DNA from: Promethearchaeia archaeon
GTDB lineage: Archaea; Asgardarchaeota; Lokiarchaeia; Sigyniarchaeales; SOKP01
Reading direction: 5' to 3'
Assembly (NCBI GenBank): GCA_046483985.1
Contig: JAWOCD010000110.1
Coordinates: forward strand, 53,023-117,022
Length of the DNA stretch: 64,000 bases
Below, piece by piece: positions 18,723-27,778 of this stretch. The position numbers and the translations under genes are program-made. The notes under the pieces were generated by a model. The model saw nothing but the letters and a program-made list of their open reading frames with translations. It was not told the DNA's origin and did not search any database. Numbering within the stretch: the first letter of the stretch is position 1; the number at the start of each line of letters is the position of its first letter.

Positions 18723-19622
18723 ATGCCAGCGGGTACTTTTGTCATTTTATTACCAAAAGATAGGGATTATGAAGTATTGGGAACGTATTATAAAGAGAAA
18801 TTAGAAGAGCAAGATTTCCAAATTTCAAGCAACCTTTTTTTACGTTTGAATTTGAATCACGATAAAAACGAATTTAGTCTTATAAAATTAAAAGATCTAA
18901 ATCTTGTTTCATACCTTCATCACTTTGAGGGAAAATTAACGAGGAAATATAACGGTTTTATCCTGGGGCTATTAATTGAAGAAGAGAACCCAGAAAAATA
19001 TCGAACGGGTTTAAAGAATACTGCAAAGGCATTAGCAAGTAAAGATATTTTGGACTATTCTGAACAAGAGTTTAATGTTTTATTAAAAAAAACATACCAA
19101 CAAAATCTTGAAAAAAGTTCCGATCGGTTGGAAGCAGACCAGATTAAGGAAAGTGTCATTAATAAAACTAAGGATATGTTAGGGGGCGGCAAAAAAGAAA
19201 GAAAAATCGCCCAAGAGTTATTGGAAAAAATAGAAGATGATCTACATTTAAGAGTTTCAAAATATTATAATTCTGCTGAACAATCAGTAAAAAAGAAAGA
19301 TTATGGTAAAGCGGCAAAATTATACAAAAAAGCTGCAGAAGGGGCAGAAGAACTACGTGAAGAAGATTTAAAAAAAACATTCTTTGAAAAGGCAGAAAAT
19401 GCAAAAAGAGTACCGGAAATGATAGAAGAGAGAGACGATGCGATTGAGGAAGCAAGGGATAATTTGAGGGATGAGGATTTTAATGCAGCATCTCAGTGGT
19501 ATAAGAAAGCAAGTAAAATTTCTAAGGAATTAATGCAAACTGAAAAGGAAGAAGAATATAGACTTAAAGCAAAAGCTTTGCAAGATTTTTATCGCGTGGA
19601 TCAACGTTTTAAGAATGAGTAG
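18723..19622 (+). CDS. Longin-like domain plus TPR-like repeats
   Basis: N-terminal MP.G-hydrophobic strand and LVSY...FILGLL pattern shared with 33400 ORF; C-terminal Y.KAA.LYKKAAE helical repeats. Confidence 0.6.
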   Translation: MPAGTFVILLPKDRDYEVLGTYYKEKLEEQDFQISSNLFLRLNLNHDKNEFSLIKLKDLNLVSYLHHFEGKLTRKYNGFILGLLIEEENPEKYRTGLKNTAKALASKDILDYSEQEFNVLLKKTYQQNLEKSSDRLEADQIKESVINKTKDMLGGGKKERKIAQELLEKIEDDLHLRVSKYYNSAEQSVKKKDYGKAAKLYKKAAEGAEELREEDLKKTFFEKAENAKRVPEMIEERDDAIEEARDNLRDEDFNAASQWYKKASKISKELMQTEKEEEYRLKAKALQDFYRVDQRFKNE

Positions 19623-19638
19623 TTAATGAGGCTACATT

Positions 19639-20475
19639 ATGTCAAACCAAGACCCAATTGTTGGGATAATTACGGACTTTGGCGAAAAGGGGGCTCATTA
19701 CGTTGCCAGTATGAAGGGTGTTATGCTTAGTTTATCAAAAGAAATTAAAATAATCGATATTTCTCACGATATTACCCCATTTTCCATTCTTGAAACATCT
19801 TATTTTATTTTTACCACATATAAATATTTTCCACCTAAATCTGCGTTTTTAATTGTTGTAGACCCTGGGGTGGGAAGTTCAAGGAAGATTTTAGCGCTTG
19901 AAACTGACTCAATGCATTATTTTGTGGGACCAGATAATGGAATATTTACCCATTTACTATCTTCAAATGTCATTCGAACAGCTGTTTCGGTTGAGAATAA
20001 GGAATATTTTCGAGATAAGGTTTCCCAGACATTTCATGGCAGAGATATTATGGCGCCTGTTTCAGCATATCTTGCATCAGGAATTGAACTGGATCAGCTA
20101 GGTCCCGAAATACCGCTTAAAGATCTCCATCAACTTTCAATTATATCTCATTATCGCCAAAAATCAAGGCAAATCGAGGGGATGATCCAACATATTGATT
20201 CTTTTGGGACTGCTACGACTAATATTAAGATGGATGATGAATTTAAAATTGAGAATACTTCAATCCAAATAAAACCATCCTCGGAGATTACTCTTATTTA
20301 CGAGAACAAGGAATATTCAGCTAACTTTAGCTCTCATTTTTCAGAGGTTGACCTTGGCGAATTACTGTTCTTACAAGGATCATATGGATATTTGGAGATT
20401 GCAAAAAATCAAGGAAACGCTGCTGCTGAGATCGGACTTAGCGTAGGAGACCACATTATCTTGGATTTAAAATGA
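19639..20475 (+). CDS. SAM hydroxide adenosyltransferase / SAM-dependent halogenase family (DUF62)
   Basis: ITDFG, YVASMKGV, VVDPGVGSSR, GPDNG, S.TFHGRDI.AP, IDSFG. Confidence 0.93.
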   Translation: MSNQDPIVGIITDFGEKGAHYVASMKGVMLSLSKEIKIIDISHDITPFSILETSYFIFTTYKYFPPKSAFLIVVDPGVGSSRKILALETDSMHYFVGPDNGIFTHLLSSNVIRTAVSVENKEYFRDKVSQTFHGRDIMAPVSAYLASGIELDQLGPEIPLKDLHQLSIISHYRQKSRQIEGMIQHIDSFGTATTNIKMDDEFKIENTSIQIKPSSEITLIYENKEYSANFSSHFSEVDLGELLFLQGSYGYLEIAKNQGNAAAEIGLSVGDHIILDLK

Positions 20476-20487
20476 GGAGAGTTACTT

Positions 20488-21627
20488 ATGAAGGAAGAAA
20501 TATTAGCATGTATAAAGAAGGGGGATGTGAAATACTTAGAATCGGGGCAAGTGAGCAAATACATTTTTCCCATGGAACGGAAAAAAGCGCATGAAAACTC
20601 TGTGAGTCATTTAATTGTAAGAATCTTCATAGTGACCTACCAAAATGATGATATCTTGTATTTAGTTCAAAAGCGTGGGGACCAAAAGAAAAGTTACCCA
20701 GGATATTATACCGATTCTGCTTCGGGTCATGTAGAATATCAAGAAGGGCTTGATATGCATGCTATTAAAAATAATGCTCTCAGGGAATTAAAAGAAGAAT
20801 TTGGGATAACTAAAGAGAATCTGACTGCATTGAAGTTTTACGATTTACAATATGAGAAAGATCCGTTTTCCCAAGAAATTGCCTATATTTTCTTCGGATT
20901 GGTGAATCCGGACGTTAAGCCAAAACCAGATCCCTCAGAATTAAACCCAGAGAAGAGCATATTCTATACAGAATCCCAGTTAAGAGAAATTTTGCAAAAA
21001 AAGCACCTAGTAGATTATTCAGAAGAAATTTGGAACGATCTCTTGGAAATGGATATTAAATCTTTTTTTGAAGAAGAAGAACTTGTAAATACAGAGAACC
21101 GCCAAGCAACCGCTTTATTTTTGGGGAGATTCCAGCCGCTGCATAAAGGACATCTTTTTGTTATTAAAACACTTGCCGAAAAGTACCATTCGCTCAAAAT
21201 TGGAATAGGAAGTTCCCAGTTCTCTCATACACAACATAATCCGTTCACTAAATATGAACGCAAACAATTTCTTAAAGAGTGTCTGGAGAAGCTAGGCATT
21301 TCTGAAGAGAGATATCACATCTATTTTATTCCAGATCTTTTTAACGCGAAAAAATGGGTGGATAAGGTCATAAATATTGTAGGAAATTTTGATATCGTGG
21401 TTTCGAATAGCGATTGGGTGAGATCGCTCTTTGAACAAAAAGAATACTCGCTTGCGGATAAGATTTTATTTAAAAAAGAAATCTACAATGGCACGAGAAT
21501 CCGTAAACTTATTATTAATAAAGAAAAACAATGGAAAGAACTTGTTCCTCAATGTGTTCTGGATTTAATTAAAAAATACCAAGGAGTAGAACGAATTCGG
21601 TCCGATTATCGGGTAGAAAAAATTTGA
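20488..21627 (+). CDS. NUDIX (IDI-like) fused to NMN adenylyltransferase (NadM-type)
   Basis: N-terminal LVQKR...K.SYPG..DSASGHV...ALRELKEEFG; C-terminal GRFQPLHKGH, GSSQ.SH...NPFT..ER. Confidence 0.85.
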   Translation: MKEEILACIKKGDVKYLESGQVSKYIFPMERKKAHENSVSHLIVRIFIVTYQNDDILYLVQKRGDQKKSYPGYYTDSASGHVEYQEGLDMHAIKNNALRELKEEFGITKENLTALKFYDLQYEKDPFSQEIAYIFFGLVNPDVKPKPDPSELNPEKSIFYTESQLREILQKKHLVDYSEEIWNDLLEMDIKSFFEEEELVNTENRQATALFLGRFQPLHKGHLFVIKTLAEKYHSLKIGIGSSQFSHTQHNPFTKYERKQFLKECLEKLGISEERYHIYFIPDLFNAKKWVDKVINIVGNFDIVVSNSDWVRSLFEQKEYSLADKILFKKEIYNGTRIRKLIINKEKQWKELVPQCVLDLIKKYQGVERIRSDYRVEKI

Positions 21628-21760
21628 ACCACCACGCATTCACCGTAGTCCCTACGGCAGATTCATTATGAGTAAGGAACTTGATAGTATTTTCTCCTAA
21701 TTGCTTTTTGATATTTTTGGACGCATTTCCATCTCTATTATGATGCGCATTACAAGTAGG
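21624..21760 (-). mobile_element. IS200/IS605 remnant: 3' end of tnpB plus right end
   Basis: Minus strand translates PTCNAHHNRDGNASKNIKK...SAVGTTVNA (TnpB Zn-finger/RuvC-III tail) and ends GGTGGTTCAA. Confidence 0.75.
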
Positions 21761-21777
21761 AAAACCCTTTTTCTATA

Positions 21778-23061
21778 CTAAATCATTTTAAATAGTTGTC
21801 TTAATGCCAGTGACATAATGTACTGTTGGATTTGCCTGGTCCCACCACCAATTTCTTGTATTCTTGAAATCCCTAATAGGTCTTCCATTAATGTATTATC
21901 GCAAACTCCTGCTCCCCCCATGAGATTTGCACATTCATAACATGTCCGTTCGGTCAGCTTTGAACTTTGATACTTTAACTGAGATGCCGTCACTCCTAAT
22001 GCAAGATTCACTTTTTTTGGCGGTGCGCCATCAAACTTCTCGAGCTTTTTATCAACAATTTCACATAAATGTAAGGTAGCCAGAGTTACAGTCATTACCC
22101 TTGACCACATCTCGGCGAGAGTGAAACCGACCCCTTGAAATTTTAATATTTCTTGATCAAATTGCTTTCGCATATTGACGTATATATTTGCATGGGTAAG
22201 CGCATTCCATGCTTCCGCCAAATTTAAAATGACGATTCCCAACCGCTCTAAATTTAACCCTTCAAATAATAGTTCTTTCCCTTCTCCTGGCTCCCCTAAT
22301 ATATATTCTTCTGGGATCCTTAAATCATTAAATGTTTCTTTTCCGATATATATCCGTGGAGTCCAGGGGATATTAACTCTTTGTATGTTCCATCCATCCC
22401 ATTCGGTATTAACTAAAAATTGCGCCATTTGATTTGAAGAATCTCTTTCTGTAGTTGCATATACAATAGCCCAATCCGATTTTGGACCATTGGTCTGATA
22501 AATTTTTGTCCCATTCAGAGTAAAACTCCCATCCTTATCTTGTTCGCATAAAGTAGTCATGTGAACGGCATCAGAGCCCCGATCTGGCTCCGTTATACAG
22601 ACGCATCCAACTTTCTTACCTGTGACTAAGTCTTTAAGTGCTTCCAATCGCACGGGAACATTTTCATGATGGAGAGTTAGTGGATTTATCGCTAATACAG
22701 TTGCTCCCATTCCCATTGCTAATTGAGGATCAAAGAAATCGGTGGCCATTACCCGTGCAAACTCTGCCATCATCCCGTAATGCTCATAATTGATATCTAT
22801 CACCTCAAACCTATTTATATGCGTAATTAGCCCTTCTTTTCCAAAGTCTGGAATCCATTCGTAAAAATCTTCAGAATGATCAATATTATTCTTTTTTTCA
22901 TAGTTTGTATAGAATTTCTGAATTGATTTTAAAAAGTTCATATCCTTTGGCTTCAAGATCTTCATTAAATTATTGTTAAGAAACTTATAACGGTTCTTTA
23001 AACTCATCTTTTGTAAAATTTCACTATTAATGCATTGTACATCTCCTTCTTTTCCGGTCAT
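21778..23061 (-). CDS. Acyl-CoA dehydrogenase family protein
   Basis: CITEPDRGSDA, LNGTKIYQTNG, RKQF...I.KFQGV, GGAG, IGGGT.QIQ. Confidence 0.92.
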   Translation of the reverse strand: MTGKEGDVQCINSEILQKMSLKNRYKFLNNNLMKILKPKDMNFLKSIQKFYTNYEKKNNIDHSEDFYEWIPDFGKEGLITHINRFEVIDINYEHYGMMAEFARVMATDFFDPQLAMGMGATVLAINPLTLHHENVPVRLEALKDLVTGKKVGCVCITEPDRGSDAVHMTTLCEQDKDGSFTLNGTKIYQTNGPKSDWAIVYATTERDSSNQMAQFLVNTEWDGWNIQRVNIPWTPRIYIGKETFNDLRIPEEYILGEPGEGKELLFEGLNLERLGIVILNLAEAWNALTHANIYVNMRKQFDQEILKFQGVGFTLAEMWSRVMTVTLATLHLCEIVDKKLEKFDGAPPKKVNLALGVTASQLKYQSSKLTERTCYECANLMGGAGVCDNTLMEDLLGISRIQEIGGGTRQIQQYIMSLALRQLFKMI

Positions 23062-23180
23062 GAAATTCCCTCTGTAGATTGAATTCTTTTATTTAGGTTG
23101 GAATACTAATTATTATTACGATCATATATAAAATATTTAGCAATTAGATTTTTTTTCATGGATTCATTTTAAGGATTGGT

Positions 23181-24236
23181 ATGGATTTTTTAGAGATTGA
23201 CGGCTCATTCGGGGAAGGAGGGGGCTCTATTTTACGATTAAGCTCAGCATTTTCATTATTATTTGAAATTCCTGTTCATATTACCAATATCCGTGCAAAC
23301 CGTTCAAAACCTGGACTCAGATTACAACATTTACTTGGTCTGAAAACATTGGCTGAATTGACTCATAGTGAACTCAGTGAGTGTCAAGTTGGTACTCAAG
23401 AGATCACGTTAATACCCCATAAAAAGGAGATCAAGAATAACATTAAAGTGGATATCCGAACTGCAGCTTCCATAGGTCTACTTCTTCAACCACTCCAAAT
23501 CATGACTTTAGGATTAAATTCGGATGAAATAACGATAAAATTGAACGGTGGAGGGACTTACGGAAAATGGGCACCGAGCGTCAATTATTTAAATAAAGTA
23601 ACTTATAGAATTTTTAAATATAGCGGCCTTGATATTAACATAGATATAAAAAAGCATGGATTTTACCCAAAAGGGGGTGCGCGTTCCCTTTGTACTATAA
23701 ATCCGCCAAACCAGAAGAAGTTAAACCCGATTGACATTACGGAATTAGGAAATCTCTCCCAACTTCAAGGAAAAATTATTGTCACCAAACACCTTCAAGG
23801 CAGAAAAATTCCAGAGAGGATAAAACGCTCATTTCACAAAGAAATCAATAAAAATCTTTCAATAGATACTAATATCTCCCATAAATATGTGGATTCGCTG
23901 AGTCCGGGGGTAGGATTAGAAATCTGGTCAAAATCCGATACAGGAGCTATTATCTCATCGGGCACTATCATCGGTGAAAAACATATTTCTTCCGAACAGC
24001 TGGGAAAAATGGCTGCAGGAAAGATTTTGCAGTATATCGAGCATAATATCCCAGTGGATAATTATTTGTCAGATCAGTTAATTCCGTTAATGGCATACAT
24101 TGATGGCACATCGAAGATTAAGGTTCAGGAACTAAACAGTCATACCAAGACGAACTTAAAATTATTAGAGAAATTTGTCGAGAGAGAATACCATGTCCAA
24201 GAACTTGACACGGGTTTTATCATCGAGTATGTATAA
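23181..24236 (+). CDS. rtcA: RNA 3'-terminal phosphate cyclase
   Basis: IDGSFGEGGGSILR, IRANR.KPGLR.QHL, GFYPKGG, YLSDQL, SHT.TN. Confidence 0.95.
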   Translation: MDFLEIDGSFGEGGGSILRLSSAFSLLFEIPVHITNIRANRSKPGLRLQHLLGLKTLAELTHSELSECQVGTQEITLIPHKKEIKNNIKVDIRTAASIGLLLQPLQIMTLGLNSDEITIKLNGGGTYGKWAPSVNYLNKVTYRIFKYSGLDINIDIKKHGFYPKGGARSLCTINPPNQKKLNPIDITELGNLSQLQGKIIVTKHLQGRKIPERIKRSFHKEINKNLSIDTNISHKYVDSLSPGVGLEIWSKSDTGAIISSGTIIGEKHISSEQLGKMAAGKILQYIEHNIPVDNYLSDQLIPLMAYIDGTSKIKVQELNSHTKTNLKLLEKFVEREYHVQELDTGFIIEYV

Positions 24237-24258
24237 TAACTTAAAGTGAGGATCAAAA

Positions 24259-24840
24259 GTGTCTGTCCCCAAATATATTCATGAGGTTTCCACTTGGCAA
24301 AAGGTTATCAAAATAATCTCTCTCATAGTAGCGATTTTATCCCTTGGCTATTGGATTGTTCACGTGTTTATCCAGTTACCCGAGAATCCTTTTGAAATTT
24401 TTATCTATCCAGAATTCTTTCTGTTTATTATAGCGATTTCCGTATATACTTTTCTTTATCTACGTGTCTGGAAAGAGAGGATCTATAACCTAGAGACGGA
24501 CATATTTGAAACTATTGCATACCGAAAAAAAACATCCATAAAAAATATCGCCCGAATCAAAAATTTGAAAGAACGTTACGTGCGTGCGATCTTAGAACGA
24601 TTGATCAAACAGAATAAGTTATTTGGGTCGATCAAGGATGGGCTATATATCTCTGATAGAACTATGAAACCTAGTTGCTCACTTTGTAATAAAGAAATCG
24701 AAGATCATCTCTTAATGGTTCTGTGCCCCTACTGTAAGCGACCATTCCACAAGGATCATATTATTGACTATATTAATGATGTTGAGACAAAATGCCCAGA
24801 ATGCAATACTCCTTTGAACATTTCCGATATTATAAGCTAA
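24259..24840 (+). CDS. Membrane protein with PCI/winged-helix-like and C-terminal RING-like zinc finger
   Basis: Two TM helices; LERLI....LFGSI; CSLC-x12-CPYC...FHKDH-x10-CPEC. Confidence 0.7.
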   Translation: MSVPKYIHEVSTWQKVIKIISLIVAILSLGYWIVHVFIQLPENPFEIFIYPEFFLFIIAISVYTFLYLRVWKERIYNLETDIFETIAYRKKTSIKNIARIKNLKERYVRAILERLIKQNKLFGSIKDGLYISDRTMKPSCSLCNKEIEDHLLMVLCPYCKRPFHKDHIIDYINDVETKCPECNTPLNISDIIS

Positions 24841-24928
24841 AGAAAATCATTTTCCACCACATACCAATAAAAATATATAAAATTTAATGAATAATAATAT
24901 ATAATAAAAAATAGCTCTTTGAAAAAAA

Positions 24929-25885
24929 ATGTCAACTACATCCGACGCACTGCAACGATGTCCTCGGTGCGGAAATAAGAATAGAGCAAACTCTTATGCG
25001 TGCACTTTTTGCGGAAAACGGTTAAGAACAGAAAGTATTGAAAAGCTTCCAATCTTTAAACGATTTGAAGCCAAAGAATGGACCCATCCGCTTCCGTGGT
25101 ATCGTAAGATTTATAACTTATTCGTTAATCCTTCAAAGGCTTTTTGGGATATAAACCATAAGCGTTCTAAGGCCCCAGGAATGTTAATTCTGCTTTTTAA
25201 TGCACTCTTATATGGTCTATTCGGACTTGCAATCTTTTCGCATTTTAAGATAGTTGCTATTGGAGATAACCCAATAAACCCTTTCTCTCTCTATTTATTC
25301 TCGTATAATTTGAGCTTTTTCCTTTCATTCTTTCTGTTTGGATTGGTATATTATGCGGTATTTTTTACTCTCCTGACATGGCTATTCACCAAAGGAGCAA
25401 ATTACGCTGTTGATTTCTCTGGACGCTTAGAGTCTCGTTTTGGGAGTTCAAAAGAAGGACCAAAATACTCCCAAGAACAAGTATCAGTATTTAGTATATA
25501 CAAAGGCGGGACCTTATTACAAAAGCAAGAATCTCACAAATATAAAATGCTGTTTTCCGCATTTGCCCCATTCTTGCTTATCAATGCAATTAAGGTTATT
25601 ATTACCCTATTTGCCTTTCCGAATGTCGAATTGACCGTTAATTGGCAGGAGTTTAATCTGGAAACGTACCAACTCTTTTTTAATTCCCCCATATGGATTG
25701 TGTTTGATGTATTAGATGCTTTAATAATTGCGCTTTGGATCCCTATTCTTATCTCTATTGGGATTCGAGAATTGTCAAATTCCAGCACTTATCGGGTATT
25801 CATCTCATCATTAATCATAGGGATAGCAGTGGCGTTCATCTATTATCTTTTTAGACCTCATTTATTAGGAAGCGCACTACTTTAG
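24929..25885 (+). CDS. Zinc-ribbon plus Yip1-family membrane protein
   Basis: CPRCG...CTFCG; LFVNPSKAFWDI Yip1-like motif followed by about five TMs. Confidence 0.72.
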   Translation: MSTTSDALQRCPRCGNKNRANSYACTFCGKRLRTESIEKLPIFKRFEAKEWTHPLPWYRKIYNLFVNPSKAFWDINHKRSKAPGMLILLFNALLYGLFGLAIFSHFKIVAIGDNPINPFSLYLFSYNLSFFLSFFLFGLVYYAVFFTLLTWLFTKGANYAVDFSGRLESRFGSSKEGPKYSQEQVSVFSIYKGGTLLQKQESHKYKMLFSAFAPFLLINAIKVIITLFAFPNVELTVNWQEFNLETYQLFFNSPIWIVFDVLDALIIALWIPILISIGIRELSNSSTYRVFISSLIIGIAVAFIYYLFRPHLLGSALL

Positions 25886-26056
25886 CATAATTAAATATGC
25901 TACAATTCCCACGGGAGAACCTAGGATCTTCATACAATTAATGAGATTAATAAGAATTCAAATGACAAAATTAATTAATTGTCATCCTTTATATATACTA
26001 TCTGTATTAAATTAAATTAAATTCATAAAAAAAGAGATTTTACATAGGTTATTATA

Positions 26057-26341
26057 ATGCCCCGACCTGGTCTACGCTCAAAAACCCAGAAGCGTAAAGA
26101 AGTAAAAACACCTGGCAAAAAAAATAACACTCATTATTGGAGAAAAAAACCAAGTAAAGCGCATTGCTTAATGTGCAAAGAACCCTTAAAATCTGTCCCT
26201 CGTAAAAGACCCTCAGAGATGAAAAAAACCAACAAAAGCTCACGTAGAGCAAGCCGATATCTATCTGGTCGTTATTGCCATAACTGCTTACAAAAACTTA
26301 TACGGGAAGCTGTAAGGAAAGAGGCTCTCCAAGAACAGTAG
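26057..26341 (+). CDS. rpl34e: 50S ribosomal protein L34e
   Basis: MPRPGLRS, VKTPG, C..C..PL..VPR, R...G..C..C. Confidence 0.95.
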   Translation: MPRPGLRSKTQKRKEVKTPGKKNNTHYWRKKPSKAHCLMCKEPLKSVPRKRPSEMKKTNKSSRRASRYLSGRYCHNCLQKLIREAVRKEALQEQ

Positions 26342-26468
26342 ATTTTTAAAACACTCATTTTTATACGACGTATTATTACTTATAGTTTACCGAATCTTCT
26401 ATTCTTTCTAATAAATTTTTTCATCTTTAGAATTTTTTAAAGACAAATCATTATAAATCTTAAAAACG

Positions 26469-27011
26469 ATGATTATTACTATCTCTGGTCTCCATGGAAC
26501 GGGAAAGTCCTCTGTCGGAAAAGCGATTGCGAACCAATTAAACTATGATTATTATTCCACGGGTCAAGCATTTCGGGATCTTGCCGAAGAAAAAGGTCTT
26601 ACCTTGGAAGAGTTTAGTGAATATGTTGAAAATAATCCAGAAATCGATGAACAGTTAGATAAAAAAGTACTTCGTATAGCAAAAGAGGGAGATATTGTAA
26701 TTGATAGTCAACTGGGAGGTCATTTACTTCAAGATATTGCGGATTTTAAAGTCTTACTGACTGCTCCCTTAGAAATTCGCGTCAAACGGATGTCTGATCG
26801 GGATGGGACACCCTATGAAGCAAAATTGAAGGAAACGAAGATCAGAGAACGATCAGAATATGAACGTTTTAAAGAGTTATATGGGTATGATCTCCGAGAT
26901 AAAGAGCAGCTCAAAAAAATATATGATTTAATTGTTTCTACGGAAGGAGTCTCTAAAAAAAAAGTGATAGAAAAGATTATGGCTGCTCTAAAGGATTTTA
27001 ATAAGAAATGA
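26469..27011 (+). CDS. cmk: Cytidylate kinase (archaeal type)
   Basis: ITISGLHGTGKS, G..FR.LA, PEID..LD, RE.SE..RF...YG; between L34e and L14e. Confidence 0.92.
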   Translation: MIITISGLHGTGKSSVGKAIANQLNYDYYSTGQAFRDLAEEKGLTLEEFSEYVENNPEIDEQLDKKVLRIAKEGDIVIDSQLGGHLLQDIADFKVLLTAPLEIRVKRMSDRDGTPYEAKLKETKIRERSEYERFKELYGYDLRDKEQLKKIYDLIVSTEGVSKKKVIEKIMAALKDFNKK

Positions 27012-27140
27012 CTTTACAAGAAACCAAAATCACAAAGATTTTATTCTAATCTACCTTTTTAATCATATTGAATTTTAATATTACTGGTCTGTTTCCAGCA
27101 TCAGTAGTATTAAACAATAAAAATAATTTGGTGACGAATT

Positions 27141-27413
27141 ATTTCCGTATATGATATTGGTAGAGTTTGTGTCAAAACTATGGGTAGAGAAGCCGGTCAA
27201 TATTGTGTTATCGTAGATATTATAGATAAAAGCTATTTATTAATTGATGGTATTAATGTGCGCAGAAGACGTGTAAATTATAAGCATATTGAACCGACTC
27301 CTGATATTGTTGAGATTTCTAAGGGGGCTGATCATGAAGAGGTTATTGATGCGATTGAGGATGCCGACTTGGATGACAAGATGAGCGAACGAATAGAAAT
27401 ACCCTTAGATTAA
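27141..27413 (+). CDS. rpl14e: 50S ribosomal protein L14e (probable ATT start)
   Basis: SVYDIGRVCVKTMGREAGQYCVIVDIID; the conserved N-terminus lies upstream of ATG 27180 and is bounded by in-frame TGA 27132. Confidence 0.93.
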   Translation: MSVYDIGRVCVKTMGREAGQYCVIVDIIDKSYLLIDGINVRRRRVNYKHIEPTPDIVEISKGADHEEVIDAIEDADLDDKMSERIEIPLD

Positions 27414-27458
27414 GACTGTAAGGTATACAATCTTTTGTTTTTCTTTTTTTTATTTTAT

Positions 27459-27541
27459 GCATCAGTCGCCTAGTGGTATGGCGCTAGCTTGGAGAGCTAG
27501 TGCGCGTATAGCGCTCGTGGGTTCGAATCCCATCTGATGCG
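27459..27541 (+). tRNA. tRNA-Ser (GGA)
   Basis: GCATCAG/CTGATGC acceptor, CTAGC-TTGGAGA-GCTAG anticodon arm, long variable arm, GTGGG-TTCGAAT-CCCAT T arm, G discriminator. Confidence 0.95.
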
Positions 27542-27594
27542 TTCAATTCATCTATACACTCGCTTAAAGTTATGGAAGAAGTTTTAATTAAAAA

Positions 27595-27664
27595 TCCCCC
27601 ATGCCATCCTCATCAAACTCCGCCTCTTCCACGTGCGTTCCAACTGTACGGTCTCTGGGGGGAA
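27595..27664 (-). ncRNA. Candidate small structured RNA (unassigned)
   Basis: GC-rich 70-nt island with terminal stem CCCCCA/TGGGGG, TATA-like element ~15-25 nt upstream on the minus strand, T-run downstream. Confidence 0.35.
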
Positions 27665-27778
27665 TCAGATTTCTTATTATATATATCTTGATTTCAATTT
27701 TTATTAGCAAACCTTGTCTGGAGCTGGTTTTTTTGAAAATTGAAAAGTAGAAAAAATTAAAAAATCCTAATTCTCTAG

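Noticed and set aside
19639-20475. Fluorinase/chlorinase activity
   Set aside because: The D...TFHGRD motifs fit the common SAM hydroxide adenosyltransferase; no secondary-metabolite context
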